DNA of 64,000 bases from Podarcis melisellensis (lineage: Eukaryota), in assembly GCA_964234715.1 (NCBI GenBank), contig OZ174277.1; one strand, 5' to 3'. The translations under genes were made by a program, and so were the position numbers. Below the pieces are notes generated by a model. The model was not told the origin of the DNA. It made no database searches and saw only the letters and a program-made list of their open reading frames with translations. Shown piece after piece: positions 1 to 46,415 of the stretch; positions within the stretch are counted from its first letter, which is position 1; each line of letters starts with the position of its first letter.

Positions 1-92
1 AATTCGTTTTACGAAGCGCCTCCAAAACGGAAAACCCTTTCGTCTAGCGGGTTTTTCATCTTGCGAGGCGTTCGTCTTGCGGGGCACCACTG
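1..92 (+). mobile_element. Right end of Tc1/mariner-superfamily (Tigger/pogo-like) MITE, family A
   Basis: Nearly identical to the right ends at 8890-8981 and 14350-14442; ends ...GGGGCACCACTG followed by TA. Confidence 0.85.
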
Positions 93-562
93 TAGTGTGT
101 GTGGTACTCAGCCCTGAGCTCCTCTCAGAGGAAGGGTGGTGTAAAATATAATAAGGATTAACTGCAATCATAGAACACTTAGGAAATGTCCAATGAACTT
201 TATGTTGCATTCCCATTTCAAAAAGTTTATGCTAGTGCAGCTGTTGGTTCTTTGCTTCCTAAATATATCTAGAAAACAATAAACACAAGTTGTTGTTTTT
301 GAGCCCATTTTAGCATGGTAGATCTTCAGGAGAGGAGCCATAACATGCAGTATTGTTTGTTATGTGAAAGATCTTTCTGGTATGTAACATAAGCAGAGGC
401 TTTTCTAAGTGCCCTCTAGGAGTAGCCCTAATATGTAGAGCAGCCTTTGGGGTGAGATCATTAGTTGCGAATTTTATGGATGTTGAAAATAGAACAGATT
501 CAGTGTATGAATGCATATTGCCTTTGTATGTGCCTACTAAGTGTATAATTTCTGCTTTGCAG

Positions 563-643
563 GATACAATTAGGATGATGATCACTCAGGGCAACCTACA
601 GCTTGAAGAGCTTGAGAGAACACTAAAGCTGGCAAAATCATAG
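563..643 (+). CDS. LYRM2: LYRM2 (LYR motif-containing protein 2) last coding exon, DTIRMMITQGNLQLEELERTLKLAKS*
   Basis: Acceptor tttctgctttgcag|GAT. Peptide matches the remembered human LYRM2 C-terminus (DTIRMMITQGNMQLKELEKTLALAKS). LYRM2 neighbours ANKRD6 tail-to-tail in vertebrates. Upstream exons are outside the window. Confidence 0.92.
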   Translation, partial: DTIRMMITQGNLQLEELERTLKLAKS

Positions 644-1161
644 CCTGATCATTCACTGATGGTGGAACACAATATGTGTTTTTTCAGTGTGTCTCCCTCA
701 AAAGACTGCCATGGAAGGACCTCTCACACAACCAAACTGATTTCTGTGCAGACTCCCTTATTGGTAAGTAGACTTAAACAAAGCAGCTAGCACTGCTATA
801 GGTGAGAGTGTTGAGATTGTTTTTTAAGGTTCAGGTGTGATGGGAAGCAGCTCATAAGAGGTTGAAACACGGAGATTTCTAGTTCTGAACTAGGTCTGTA
901 ATAATATGGGAGGTGTGCGCTATCTTAAGTAGTTGTTCTTAAGGTGCTGCTCTTGACACTTCTGAGGGCAGTTAACACTTCTGAAGTGCATAGAAACACC
1001 CACACACATCTAAACCTGCCTGAAAACAATGGCATACTCAAAATGAACAGAATGCAGGAAACCTTTAGTAAATTTTTGATGAGACATTCTGTGTGTTTCC
1101 AGAGATGGAGGATAGTCAGTTATGCTTCTTGTTTCCAGCAGGCTTAGTGCAACCTAATACA

Positions 1162-1422
1162 TGTTTTTCCCTACTCTGGATAGTTGGGCTTGAAACAATG
1201 GATTCAAGCTATAATAATGGAGATTACAACAAACATCAGGAGGAACTTTCTGACAGTAAGAGCAGTTCAACAGTGGAACAGACTCCCATGGGAGCTTGTA
1301 GACTCTCCTTCCTGGGAGGTTTTCAAGCAGAGGTTGGATGGCTTTAGATGAGATTCTTCCATTGTAGGGGATTGGTTGGACCAGATGACCAATGGGGAAT
1401 CCCTTCTAACTCTATTATTCTG
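1162..1422 (+). mobile_element. CR1 LINE 3' fragment
   Basis: aaacatcaggaggaactttctgacagtaagagc... ending in a degenerate ATTCT-type tail; resembles 47574-47927. Confidence 0.7.
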
Positions 1423-2995
1423 TAACGGGTAGATATTCAGTTACATTGTCTGCTACGTCCTTCCATTCCATTTTAAGACTGGTGAGATAACAGGTTCTAT
1501 GTCTTCAACATCAGCTACCTTTTTCCCGCCACTGCTCAGTTCTAACCTGACAAAGAGTTTTGGAGAACTAAAAAACCTGCAGACTTACTTTGTGATAGTG
1601 CACTATTAGCTTGTTTGGCCTACCTTAAATATGGATTTTGGTGTTAAAAATTGCTTTTTTAGCTATATCACACAGCCCAACACCACCACCTCCAAATTAT
1701 AACCTAGGCACATTTAATAAGCTTATAGATTTATGGATTACCAGATTTAAATTCATTGTAGGATTTAAATTATACCCCACTTTGGGCAGCATAGATTTAG
1801 ACCATAGAAGCACATGAATGTAAAAAATGTAGAGTATTTGGATTGAGATTTTGTGTATAAAGATCTTTATGTACTTTTTGTATACAACCATCTCTCTTTA
1901 AGGACTTCATTCAAAATGTTTATACTCTTACATGAGAGATAAGATCTGTGCCTGGAGAACTATTTCTAAATCACAACAGATTTGGCCTCAATTCAGCATT
2001 AGTTGTGCAATAATAGGGCTAGCAAAGCACAATCACGGGCACATCCAGAGGCGTACAATGTTAACATATTGCATCCTCACTAAGATGTGCGAAACATATA
2101 TGCAAGTCTGCTTACATACCCTAGATTTCTTTAGCTGCATTGTGCTGTTGAACTTTAAAAAGCAATAGCTGTTTTTGCCTAAGTGTCATGCCAATGTTAA
2201 TTTTAAAGTTTACCACCCACCCCCCCGGGTGAAAAAAACACACCTCTTGACACATATCACAGCACTCAATATATATTTAAAAATAAAGGAAGACTGAATA
2301 ACAGTATAATTTGAAGACTTGAGACTACACAATCCATCAAGGGCCAATTGTGCATATAGAAACTTTAAGGCAAGTTTTAAAACTTTTTGTTAAAGATGAA
2401 ATTCATGTGGGGCAAGTGCAGTGAAGACAGAATCTAATTTAGGAAATACGGCCCATTTCTGTACTTGCAAGGACCATTCTCCAAATAACAGTTAGTGGGC
2501 CAGAAGAACATGTTGCTACTATCTAGCAGTGTCTTTTTTCCTTTAAGTGCAACAAGGTACCACACCTTGGTTAGAAGTTGGCTGGGGCATCAGGACCCAG
2601 CTAAAAAGGCCATATTTAGCTCACAGACCACCAGTTGACCATCACTATACAAGGACAAGGCGTTAACTTTTAGGAATTTACTGTCACTCAAAGGCACTCA
2701 ATATCTAGCTATATATAATGTTATTGCTGGCTGCAATAGCTTTTTGGTTGGAAGGGCTAAAACTTCAGCACCTCCATCCCAAAAGCTGATCAGTAAAACG
2801 GTATGACAAACGTACACACAGCACAAAGTGTTAGATAGGACTTGAAAATCACTCGCATGACCTGTTAGCACACAGTTCCCCGTACAAGCTACTCTATCTG
2901 TATTGGGGTAGGGGAACCCATAGGATTCATAAAATGGCAATGCAGTTCTATGAAGGAGGAAGAGGTAGCCTTGCTAATTTGGGGCGCTTAATTCT

Positions 2996-3001
2996 TTTAT
3001 T
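2996..3001 (-). terminator. Candidate ANKRD6 polyadenylation signal (AATAAA)
   Basis: tttatt on the + strand, ~450 nt downstream of the ANKRD6 stop. Confidence 0.45.
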
Positions 3002-3447
3002 TTCAAAAAGATACATGAGCACATATGGTAGAGCAAGAGAATGCTTCGCTTCAAAAACATGTCTTAAATACGTATAAAATAAAACTTTACAAGATTCATA
3101 AAAATGGCACAGGCATACTGGAGAGCTGTATCATCAGCACTGAAAAGCCACGCAACTAGGTTCTGTATTATACTATCACCACTGGCACACTGTATGGGGG
3201 GATAAAAGAAACATTTTTAACAGGGGAAGGAAAATTCAATGCAGTTTCTGTACAAAACAAGTGCTACTTGGAGGGCAGCAATCTGCATTCCTTGTGAGCA
3301 ATGCACGAGCAAAAATCCTTATAATCTGGAAAGGCCACAAATCCCCAAGAAGTGTAAAATTCCAATAAAACTCCAATAGAATTAGCTTAATTGCTGTTTG
3401 TGAAAGTTACCAGTTCCTTTGCAACACTTCATGAGAGCAGGCAAATG

Positions 3448-37050
<33,603 letters not shown>

Positions 37051-37889
37051 GAATTAGGAGAGAATGGATTTCAGGACAAGCTGTGGGCAAGCTCCTCCAG
37101 CCCAAAACAAAAGCTTCACATCAGTCCAACTGCAGTGCACGGAGGGACCCCAGTTTGGTGGAAGATTGGATCCGTTGCTATGCCATCTTCTGCATCTGTG
37201 TAAAGGGGGAGGGAGAGGGGAAGAGACACAAAACACACTCTCAGTCACATCATGGAAAACAAAACAGCAGCAATTACTCCTTTAAAAATTATTTGAAAAG
37301 CAGCAGGAGGAGTGGCAAACAATACCTGGAAGACTGAAAAAGCTAGAATGGTTGGATTCCTACATGCAACACAGAGGATCTGAGAAAGATATACTTTCGG
37401 AACATCCTTCTGCCGTCCATTTGTTTAACAGGAATATCAGTAGTTACAGTGCGTAAATGGCACTATATTTCTAACTCCACACCGCAGCGAATGCATGAAA
37501 CCTGAGGGGAGAGGATGCGCTGCTAAGTAACCATCCTGCCTTCTCTTGTCGCTCCAGGATGTTCATTTGTAAGCCTGCTTTCCCTCCACAGCCTTTCCAT
37601 TAATGGACAGCAACACGGCACCTCTTCCCTTACTGGTGTACTCACTTTCACAGAGTACAACCTCCGGCGTGTGTAGGTATCAATCCATTATCTATGTCTA
37701 AATGTCTTCCAGCAGGAGTCTCGTGATTGTTAAGAATATCGTAAAACGGACTCTTTCGTGATCTCAATCAGCACAGCACTCTCAGGATCTGTCGCCAGAG
37801 AATATTCTTTGGGAACGGCAGCCAAAGAGCAAAAGTATCCCTAATAATATGCAGGTTTTATGGCTATTTTACTGTGATAATAACAATAC

Positions 37890-38130
37890 TTTAATTATTT
37901 ACACCCCACCCATATGGCTGGGTTTCCCCAGCCACTCTGGGTGGCTTAACAACATCTCCAAAAACATAATAAAAACATCAGTCCTTAAAAACTTCCCTTA
38001 ACAGGGCTGCCTTCAGATGTCTTCTAGAAGTCAGATAGTTGAATAATAACAATAATTTTGACACTTATACCCCGCCCATCTGGTTGGGTTTCCCCAGCCA
38101 CTCTAAAAACATAACAACATATCTAAAAAC
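37890..38130 (-). mobile_element. Two tandem L2-like LINE 3' ends
   Basis: Duplicated motif acc(c)c(a/g)cccat(a/c)tgg(c/t)tgggtttccccagccactct at ~37903 and ~38069. Confidence 0.6.
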
Positions 38131-38324
38131 ATGTGAGAGGGAGATGGTGCTGGATTGTTGTTTTTTGTCCTATATTTATTTACAGATATAACTATGTTTT
38201 AATTATCAGGGCAGATAAAATAATGAAGAGATTAGTACACTTTTCTTTTCTGTCCACACAACACTTGACAAAATGGGTTGCTCAATTTGCCATGGGAAAC
38301 ACAAAGAAGCTTTATGAAAGAAAT

Positions 38325-38482
38325 GCCACAGCTCAGGGGTAGAGCATCTGCTTTTCGTGCAGAAGGTCCTGGGTTCAAATCCCTGGCATCTGTCTCCTGC
38401 ATGAAACCCTGGAGAACTGCTGCCAGTAAATGCAGACAAAACTGAGCTAGAAGAAACAACGGTCTGATTTAGTTTAAGGCAG
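38325..38482 (+). mobile_element. tRNA-derived SINE (Squam3-like)
   Basis: A box AGCTCAGGGGTAGAGC, B box GGTTCAAATCC, body gaaaccctggagaactgctgccag. Confidence 0.7.
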
Positions 38483-39669
38483 TGTCAGGGACTGACAGGG
38501 CTCTGAAGAGTGTGTGGCAGAGGCAGGGGACCAGGAGAGGGGACCATTGGTACTCCCTTGGAACAAGTGAGGCGGGACACTTATATACTATAATATGTCT
38601 TGTAAACATATATAATTAAACCTTCATTGCGCATTTAACACATGAAGAACTCTCTAGAAACACTCCCCAAGACTTGTAGAGAGGTGGAAGCTTATTTAAC
38701 AGAATATCTCAGTATTCCCACTTTACTAATGGCTAATGTCTCAAAGCCTGATTTTATACTCTTCCGCAACTCACCCCGGATTATTGCACCAATAATTTTC
38801 ATTGAGGCATCACTAGAATCTTTTTCATTCCATACAGTGATTTAGAGGTCCTGTCTTCTGGTCTCTTTTGCTGACTGGATCCTTTACCATCCTTTCAATC
38901 TTGCTTATTGTGGATTATACTAACTCGGCAGAACAGTATCTCTTTAGAAACTGTTTGAGGTCTCTCAGTATTTGGATGGCTGTCCACCATAGCCATTGCA
39001 ACAGCAAGTGATGTAATGGGGGGAGGGGGACCTTGCCTTAGTTGCATCTAGCCTTTCTGTTATGACAAAACAACATACTTGCCTTTATCTCTCTCAAGTA
39101 AGATGAATTTTGATACCTGTTACCCCACCCCCCAAAAAAGAAAGCTAAAAGGAAAAGGGGAAGAGAGAGACTATGCTACAACAGAAGGAAAAAATTAATC
39201 CTGTATGGTCTCAGGCTCCATCCACACTACAGCACATTTAAAGCACATCCATCCCAAGAACTGTTGATCATGAAGGGCACTAGGAATTGCAGCTCTGTAG
39301 GGGCTAAACTAGTTCCCAGGATTCGGGGTGGGGTGGGGGTGTCCTCAGCCTCTTGTCTAACCTATAGCTTGGTAATAAACAAACTTTAATCTTTCAAATA
39401 AATACAAATAAGTGTATGGATCACAAAAGGATAAACCACTCACTCTTGACCAGGAAGTCTTTACCCTTGGTCCTATGTCTGAGTTTCCAAATCATCTAGC
39501 TAGAAGTCATTGCTTTAGCAGGGAGGCCATCATAGTCTCAAGAGTCATGCTGAAACCTCTGGTTAACATCCGTTAGTGCTAATTTAGTCTCAAATGGGAA
39601 CAGGTGCTTAGTGCTGCAGTAAAGCAATAATAAAAGCTTTGCTGCCAATTGGTTTTCAGCCCTAATTCA

Positions 39670-39935
39670 GGTTTGACCTATAAAGCCTTATGTGGCTCAT
39701 GACTACAATACCTCTAGGACCGCCTCTTCCAGTATGAACCAGCCAGGACCCTGCAATTATCTTATTTATGTGCCCCTTCCATGAGAGGTCTGGAAGGTGG
39801 CAACATGAGAACAGGTATTTTCTGTGGTGGCTCCCTATTTTTGGAGTGCTCTCCCCAGAGAGACTCGCCTGACACCTTCCTTACTTATCTTCAGGCACCA
39901 GGCAAAAACATTCCTCTTCAACCAGGCCTTCAGCT
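39670..39935 (+). mobile_element. L2 LINE 3' fragment
   Basis: tataaagcctta...tctgtggtggctcccta..tggagtgctctcccc...aaaaacattcctcttc pattern typical of the L2 ORF2 end. Confidence 0.6.
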
Positions 39936-42900
39936 TTCAGCTGTTAATTCCATCTACAGCCTTTCATCATCACCATTATCATTGTATGCTGCCTTTCCAT
40001 GGTTAAAACCAGGCTCAAGGGGGCTTACAACATGAAAATATTTACATAATTACAAAAGTAGTCTTAAACAATAAATAGAACACATCAAAAAAGATCACAA
40101 TCAAATTGAAGTTTCAGCATTAATCATAAGATCCAAAAATAATGTAACACAAAATGAATATCAGTAACAGCAACAAAAAAAACCCCAACAACAACCCCCC
40201 AAACAATAGTATTATTATAGTATGTATTTTCTGTTTTATGTTGTAAATCACCCTGTGGTCTCTTGATAAAGGGTGGTATATATTATTATTATTATTCCAT
40301 ACTCCCATCTTTATCAATATGAAATGACATGAGAAGATCTTAACACCGTGTGTGTGTTCAAATTCCAAGTTCCTTAATGCACAAATGCTCTTGAAATAAC
40401 AAGCTAAAATCTGTGGCAAAAAAAGAAAGCCCATCCTCACTCCTCCCTGCAGAAAAGAGAATCTGCCAGTTAGGAGGACACAGATTTAGCATTGAAAATC
40501 ACTCTTCCTAATGTTGCTTATGAGAAGATATGAGAGAAAGCAAAAAGGATAGTTTGACTGACAGAAAGAATTAGTATTTCAGACCCACAGCAATGAGGCA
40601 ATGATGTAATCAGCTTCCAGATAATGGAATCCAAGAATATCCCTCAATGACTCATTCACTGCTGCATCGACAGTTAACAGGAGGGAAAAAGGCATCTCAA
40701 AGCAACAAGGATGGGTGGCTTTGAGATAAGGTTAGCAATGTCCAGGTTTTAGTCCTTTTCAACACTGAATGTATACCACGAGTCAGTCCCAAGTTGAACT
40801 TTATTTACGGAGAGATTCTATGTGCCGACTAGACTGAACACACATGGGAACTGGGGAAAGCTCTGCTGCATTGAGGAATCATGAAGACCCCTTCTAAAAC
40901 AAAACAAGCTACAAAAATGTATGGAGATGGATAGTTAAACCTTGTGCACCCACACTTGTGTCATGTTGTTACTCTGCATGCTGGCCAAACTGGACCAAGC
41001 TACAGCAATGCAAAGAAATCTGCAACAAGATCTCACAATGTACTTTTCTTTGTCTTCCAGAATGCACTAGGGGCATGGCTCCGGGGAAGGAAAGGTTAAA
41101 CTCTTTCCCACAGTTTATATTAGCTGCAGAGAGTGGGCAGGGCACTGGTACCCAAGACCCACATTGCATCTGTCTTCCCCGCCCCTCGAATAATAGCAAT
41201 TCATTAAGTTTAAAGTCATGAAATTGCTGTGATGGGGAAGGTAAACTAAAACCTCCCATCCCAGAAAAAGACTGGCCCCAATCCAATCTGGAGGACCATG
41301 TAGCAGCTTTTGATTATTAAAAAAAGACTCTGGGAGATCACGCCACAAATCTCCCGGCCGTGACACTTCTTTTCAGCTCTCGTTTGCCCTTGGATTGTGC
41401 CTTTCTCCCTGCTGCCATTGCCCATACAAAAAAGTGACCCCCATACTAGGCAATTTTCGTTCTGCATGTTGCTTTTGCTTTTCAGTAAGATACCCCCTGG
41501 ACTTCCCTGATTTTGATTTTATATTTAAAAGTAGACAGAAAGGATACTTGTGAAATTGACATTGGCCTCTCTTGCTGCTTCTGACCTGTTTGTACGTTCT
41601 GTAGAAAGCATGAACGCCAGGCTCATGTTCCCAGCCAATGTCCAATCTTGCCATCATATCTGGAGCCAACCATGTTCTTTACTTAAGACTCGACATAAGC
41701 TCAGGTAGTAGCAAGAACACAAATGAAAGTAATGGAGCGTAATGGAGTAATGGAGTAAAGGACAGCAGCAAAAAAAGATGGAGTGAATGAAATCCTAATG
41801 GGAAAATGCATAGGCTTGGTGGACATACCGAAGACTGATGTTGGGTCAATATCTGAACAAGGCGGGGAAACATGTGGGGGTACATAAGCTTACAAGAGCC
41901 TTTATAGGATTGGAGAAATGAACTAGGAATGCCAGATATTGGTTGGCAATATTCACACTTCATGAACGTTAACCATGAAAATGTGCCAGCGTGGGAAATA
42001 GGAAAGCAGTTTTGGTTAACTATGATGTGCAATATCAGTTGCAGAAATGGAAGAAATGCTGAATATGCACTTTATGTTATGTTTAAATATGTTGAGCCCG
42101 CTCTACCATGTTAAAGATGGAGTAGATTAATCATGGGATTCTGTTCCTTCACAATTCCTGAACTGCTGCAGGGAGAACCAGGCAGGATGAACCTAATAAA
42201 GAAGGGGCTAGGTTGGAGGTATTTCAGGACCAAGGTGATGTGTGCCTCTTATATCAAGGTCAGCCTCTGGCTTGAGGGTCAAATACAGCCCTCTAGCCAG
42301 TTCCTGGGCCCCAGGCCACACCCCACAATGCCCATGTCCCATACCCTTCCTGGGTGCTTTTATCTGGCTGGAATCTGTCCTTGGACTCTTTCTTTGCCTG
42401 AACAGAGAATGAGCAGTTGTGGGTGTGTGCAGAAACTCCCACATGACTAGAAACTTTTACATGACTAGAATGTACAAAAGAATGAAATCCATTGCTCTGC
42501 ACACTTTTGCCTCTGGTTCCACTCAGTTTTTGCCTTAGACCCTACCCACCACTTGTGTCGCCCCACCTACCCCTAAAGGTTGCCCATGAGGAAATGGAAT
42601 CCTCCAGCTGAAAAAATGCCCCCCAAACCTATTTTACAGTAAACAGTACTTGGTCACATCTGATAAATGCCATTTCACTCACGTAAATTATGCAAGGTCA
42701 ATATATACAAAAACTGAGAACATTAAGGACACAGTCTTAGTTGTGCTTTTAATGAATTTTGCTCTTAACGTTATGCGAAAATCAATCATTATGGTCTAAT
42801 GCAAGCAGTGCTGCCAAGAAAATCATAAATACATTTTATAACTTTCTATTTGTGGCCTAATTTTTCAATTTCCCAGCCAGCCTGGAAAGGGTTTCATTTG

Positions 42901-43731
42901 AAACAGGACACTCTGTTTCTAACAGAACGTCATGATGCGTTATACAAGATCAGCTGACCAGTGGAGTAATTGAAGTCTGCTTCTTTAAAAATAGAAACAC
43001 AACACATTCAAATAGTTCATTTAATCTCCAGCAGTTGTTAAATAATTCATTATTTTCGAAACAGATTTTTTTAAAAGCACATCTTTATTATACACAGAGG
43101 AAAACTACACTTTATAGACTAGGATCCAAAGGATCACACATGTCAACGACAGAAGCAGGAACAGAGGGTGGGGGTACTTTTTTCAGACCACGGGACGTGA
43201 CACCATCTGCTACAGCATCCGTGTAACTGATGGACTTTCCTTGCTAGGGTGACCCAAAGGAAAAGAGGACATGGGCTCTGTTCCTTCCAGCAGCACATAA
43301 GAGAATGAATTCCAGCAGGGTTAGAAAAAGGAACAGGAGACCAGAGTGTCTCTAGTAATCAATTTGCATTCCTGGGCAGAAGTCTTAGAAACATAATGTC
43401 ATGATTCATTTATGGAAAAGGATATTTCAAAGTATGGTTTTGCATCTGTTTGCTTTGCCAACACAAGCCAACAATCTTTCTGCTAATGGCACTTCTTATT
43501 TTGCATGAGAATGATTCTCCTTTTTATCCTGTAGCTGGCTCACAGTTCAGGGAGGGTTGTAGCTGCCTCAAAACACAGACTACTTGTTCGCACAACAACC
43601 CAACAACCCAAATTATGACTTGCTAGGACCATACAAACGTGTGGGTTTCCCACAGAGGAGCTTCTGGGTCTTTTTACTCTCATGCCTTGTTTTATATTTG
43701 CTCCTTTGTCCAAAAGGAAAGGACTCAAATA

Positions 43732-43983
43732 CAGTAGCACCTCTGGTTGCGAACGGGATCCATTCCAGAGGCCCATTCGCAACATGAGCAGAACGCAACC
43801 CACGTCTGTGCATGCACGGGTCACAATTCGCCGCTTCTGCGCATGCACGTGATGTCATTTTGTGCGTCTGCGCATGTGTGAGCGGCGAAACCCAGAAGTA
43901 ACCCTTTCCCGTACTTCTGGTTCACAATGGGACGCAACCTGAAAACGCTCAACCTGAAGCAAACATAACATGAGGTATGACTG
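43732..43983. mobile_element. Tc1/mariner (Tigger-like) MITE
   Basis: TA-flanked CAGTAGCACCTC.../...GAGGTATGACTG; internal tgcgcatgc palindromes. Confidence 0.75.
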
Positions 43984-44629
43984 TAATGCTTACGGAGATA
44001 GTGCTTATTCCAGTCACATTTTCAGCATGTATTTCTTTCTGCCTCTTTTCCCTCCCTCCTCCCATCTCCTCCTCAACTCAAACTTATTAAACACCAAATC
44101 ATAATCAGTCATTTTAAGGGTTTCTTCTACAATCAAGCAGTAAATAGATTTTATGAAATAAATAATTCACAGACTACAACACCATGATAAGGTTTGGATT
44201 AGAATACCATCCAAACTGGGCTAGTGCTTTCTCCTCTCTAACCATGAGCTATAGCTATGGTTTGTTCTTCACTGTAGCTCATAAATTAGCAAAGAGAGAG
44301 CTTAGCCATGGGCCAGTGTTTGGATTACATGCTAAGCCAAACCTTGACTTAGTTCAAGGGTGGTGCAGCCACCCAAAGGACCAGAGACAAAGCAAGCTCC
44401 TTTCGGGGAGCCTGCACATTTGCATGGTACCAATAATAGTTTGGCTTACCATGTTGAATGGATAAAGTCAGTGTCTTCCTTGTGGGGTTAATTCCAGGTT
44501 GGTTGTTTTTTTTCCTGGGAAGGTTGCAGTTGACCCCTTTCAGCCCAGGTAGCCCAGAAAAGATGAAGTCATAAATTCCCTAAACATAACAACTTTGTCA
44601 GTCAGGAACTTGCTCTTTATTGTTTAGAA

Positions 44630-44767
44630 CAGGTTTCCTCAACCTCAGCCCTCCAGATGTTTTGAGACTACAATTCCCATATCCCTGACCACTGGTCCTG
44701 CTAGCTAGGGATCATGGGAGTTCGTGTAGGCCAAAAACATCTGGAGGGCCGAGGCTGAGGAAGCCTG
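44630..44767. mobile_element. hAT-type palindromic MITE
   Basis: TIR CAGGTTTCCTCAACCTC/GAGGCTGAGGAAGCCTG; perfect 8-bp TSD GTTTAGAA. Degraded relatives at ~49628-49757, ~50944-51079 and ~57640-57775. Confidence 0.9.
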
Positions 44768-46173
44768 GTTTAGAATCTTGGTTTCCAACAAGCCTTATAG
44801 ACACCCACTTCCTACATCAACCAGATTAAGAAATCCCTCTGCCTTTTTCCCACACCCCTACAGCACATTACCTTTCGTCTCCATATATTACAGTTAACAA
44901 TCAGGGCAAGGATGAAAAGTGCCTGCACAATATAACCTCTATTTTCATGGCAGCTGAAGCAAAGCCATATTCCTGAATCACCCTCCGTTTCTGGTGGATG
45001 GAGTTCTGAATTTCTAGTTTCGTATCCACATTTTGAATGGATGGCTGCTCATGAATAGGATTTTAGGGCAGACACAGACAAGATAGGGCCTAACAAACCC
45101 CCTGATGGCCCAGGGTTCCCTGACAGTTTATTTTTTGTTCTGACCCTTCCAGTCTTTCTGTGTTCTCGTTTCTTAATATATGCATCTCTGCTTATTAGGG
45201 TTATTTCTCCGCTTCTACGCAAATGAGGAAACGAACTGAAGCAGGTGCTTGACACCAGTCAGACATTGGCACTGGATCCCTGCCAACCCTACTGGCAGAC
45301 TACTTAGCATAAGAGGGGGGGTGCACAGATTGTTGTTTTTTTTCCCAGGGAAAGAAAGGGTCAATACAAGCTGAAGAAACTTGTCTTTGTCAACCCAAGC
45401 AAGTTCACCGTTTCTGCCTTTGCTGTGGAGATCTGTAATTCATGCCTTTTGCCAATAACAATGTGCACCATTGACATGGCCTGCAGGCCTACTAGGCTTT
45501 TCAAATACAATGATATCTGATATGTACCCATCCTCACACAATATTTTTTTTCTGAAGACCTTTGCACCACACTGCATAATCTCCACTGCAAAGTTTTAAG
45601 TGGCATTAATGTATAAACAGTACCTAGATTAGTAACTGCGCAAATACAATTAACAAATGGTAACTACAGAAAGCAAATGTGCATTCATGATGCTGTGGTC
45701 TTTCTTCCAAAAAAACAACATGGAAGGGGTTTTTTTTAAGACAGAGATAGCATTTTAATTGCAATCATACAATGGTTTGAACAAATTACCGTATGCATCA
45801 ATTCCGTTGGCTTACTAAATGCACCCAGTTAGCACTGTTTACCAGCTTTCTCAAAATATATAGAACAGCAACTTACTGGCATGTATCCTGGTCCATAGTA
45901 AAGATTACCCACTTTTGAAATAGAAGTACGTAATATTCAAATAAACTAACAGTGGAAGTCTACATGTTTACTCAAGACTGTATAAGATCAAGCTGACTCC
46001 AAGGTATATACGTATACAACTGCAGTCTAAAATTATTGAAATTGATTGTATGTTTGTGAATTTAAATCGTGTTCCGTTTTCAATTTGCACATTACAGACA
46101 AAGGTAAACTAGCTTCTGTTTACTCAGTAAACTTTAGTGCAACAAGGCTAGAATTCAACCCAACTTAGAAATA

Positions 46174-46415
46174 CAGTGGTACCTCGGGTTACATACGCTT
46201 CAGGTTACATACGCTTCAGGTTACAGACTCTGCTAACCCAGAAATAGTACCTCGGGTTAAGAAATTTGCTTCAGGATGAGAACAGAAATCGTGCTCCAGT
46301 GGCGCAACGGCAGCAGGAGGCCCCATTAGCTAAAGTGGTGCTTCAGGTTAAGAACAGTTTCAGGTTAAGAACGGGCCTCCGGAACGAATTAAGTACTTAA
46401 CCCGAGGTACCACGG
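46174..46415. mobile_element. Tc1/mariner MITE family B, 242 bp
   Basis: TA TSD; TIR CAGTGGTACCTCGGGTTA; reverse complement of 59481-59722. Confidence 0.9.

Noticed and set aside
452-562. N-terminal part of the 63-aa ORF
   Set aside because: Intronic read-through upstream of the LYRM2 acceptor at 561-562
38325-38395. tRNA-like sequence with A and B boxes
   Set aside because: SINE head followed by a SINE body; no intact acceptor stem
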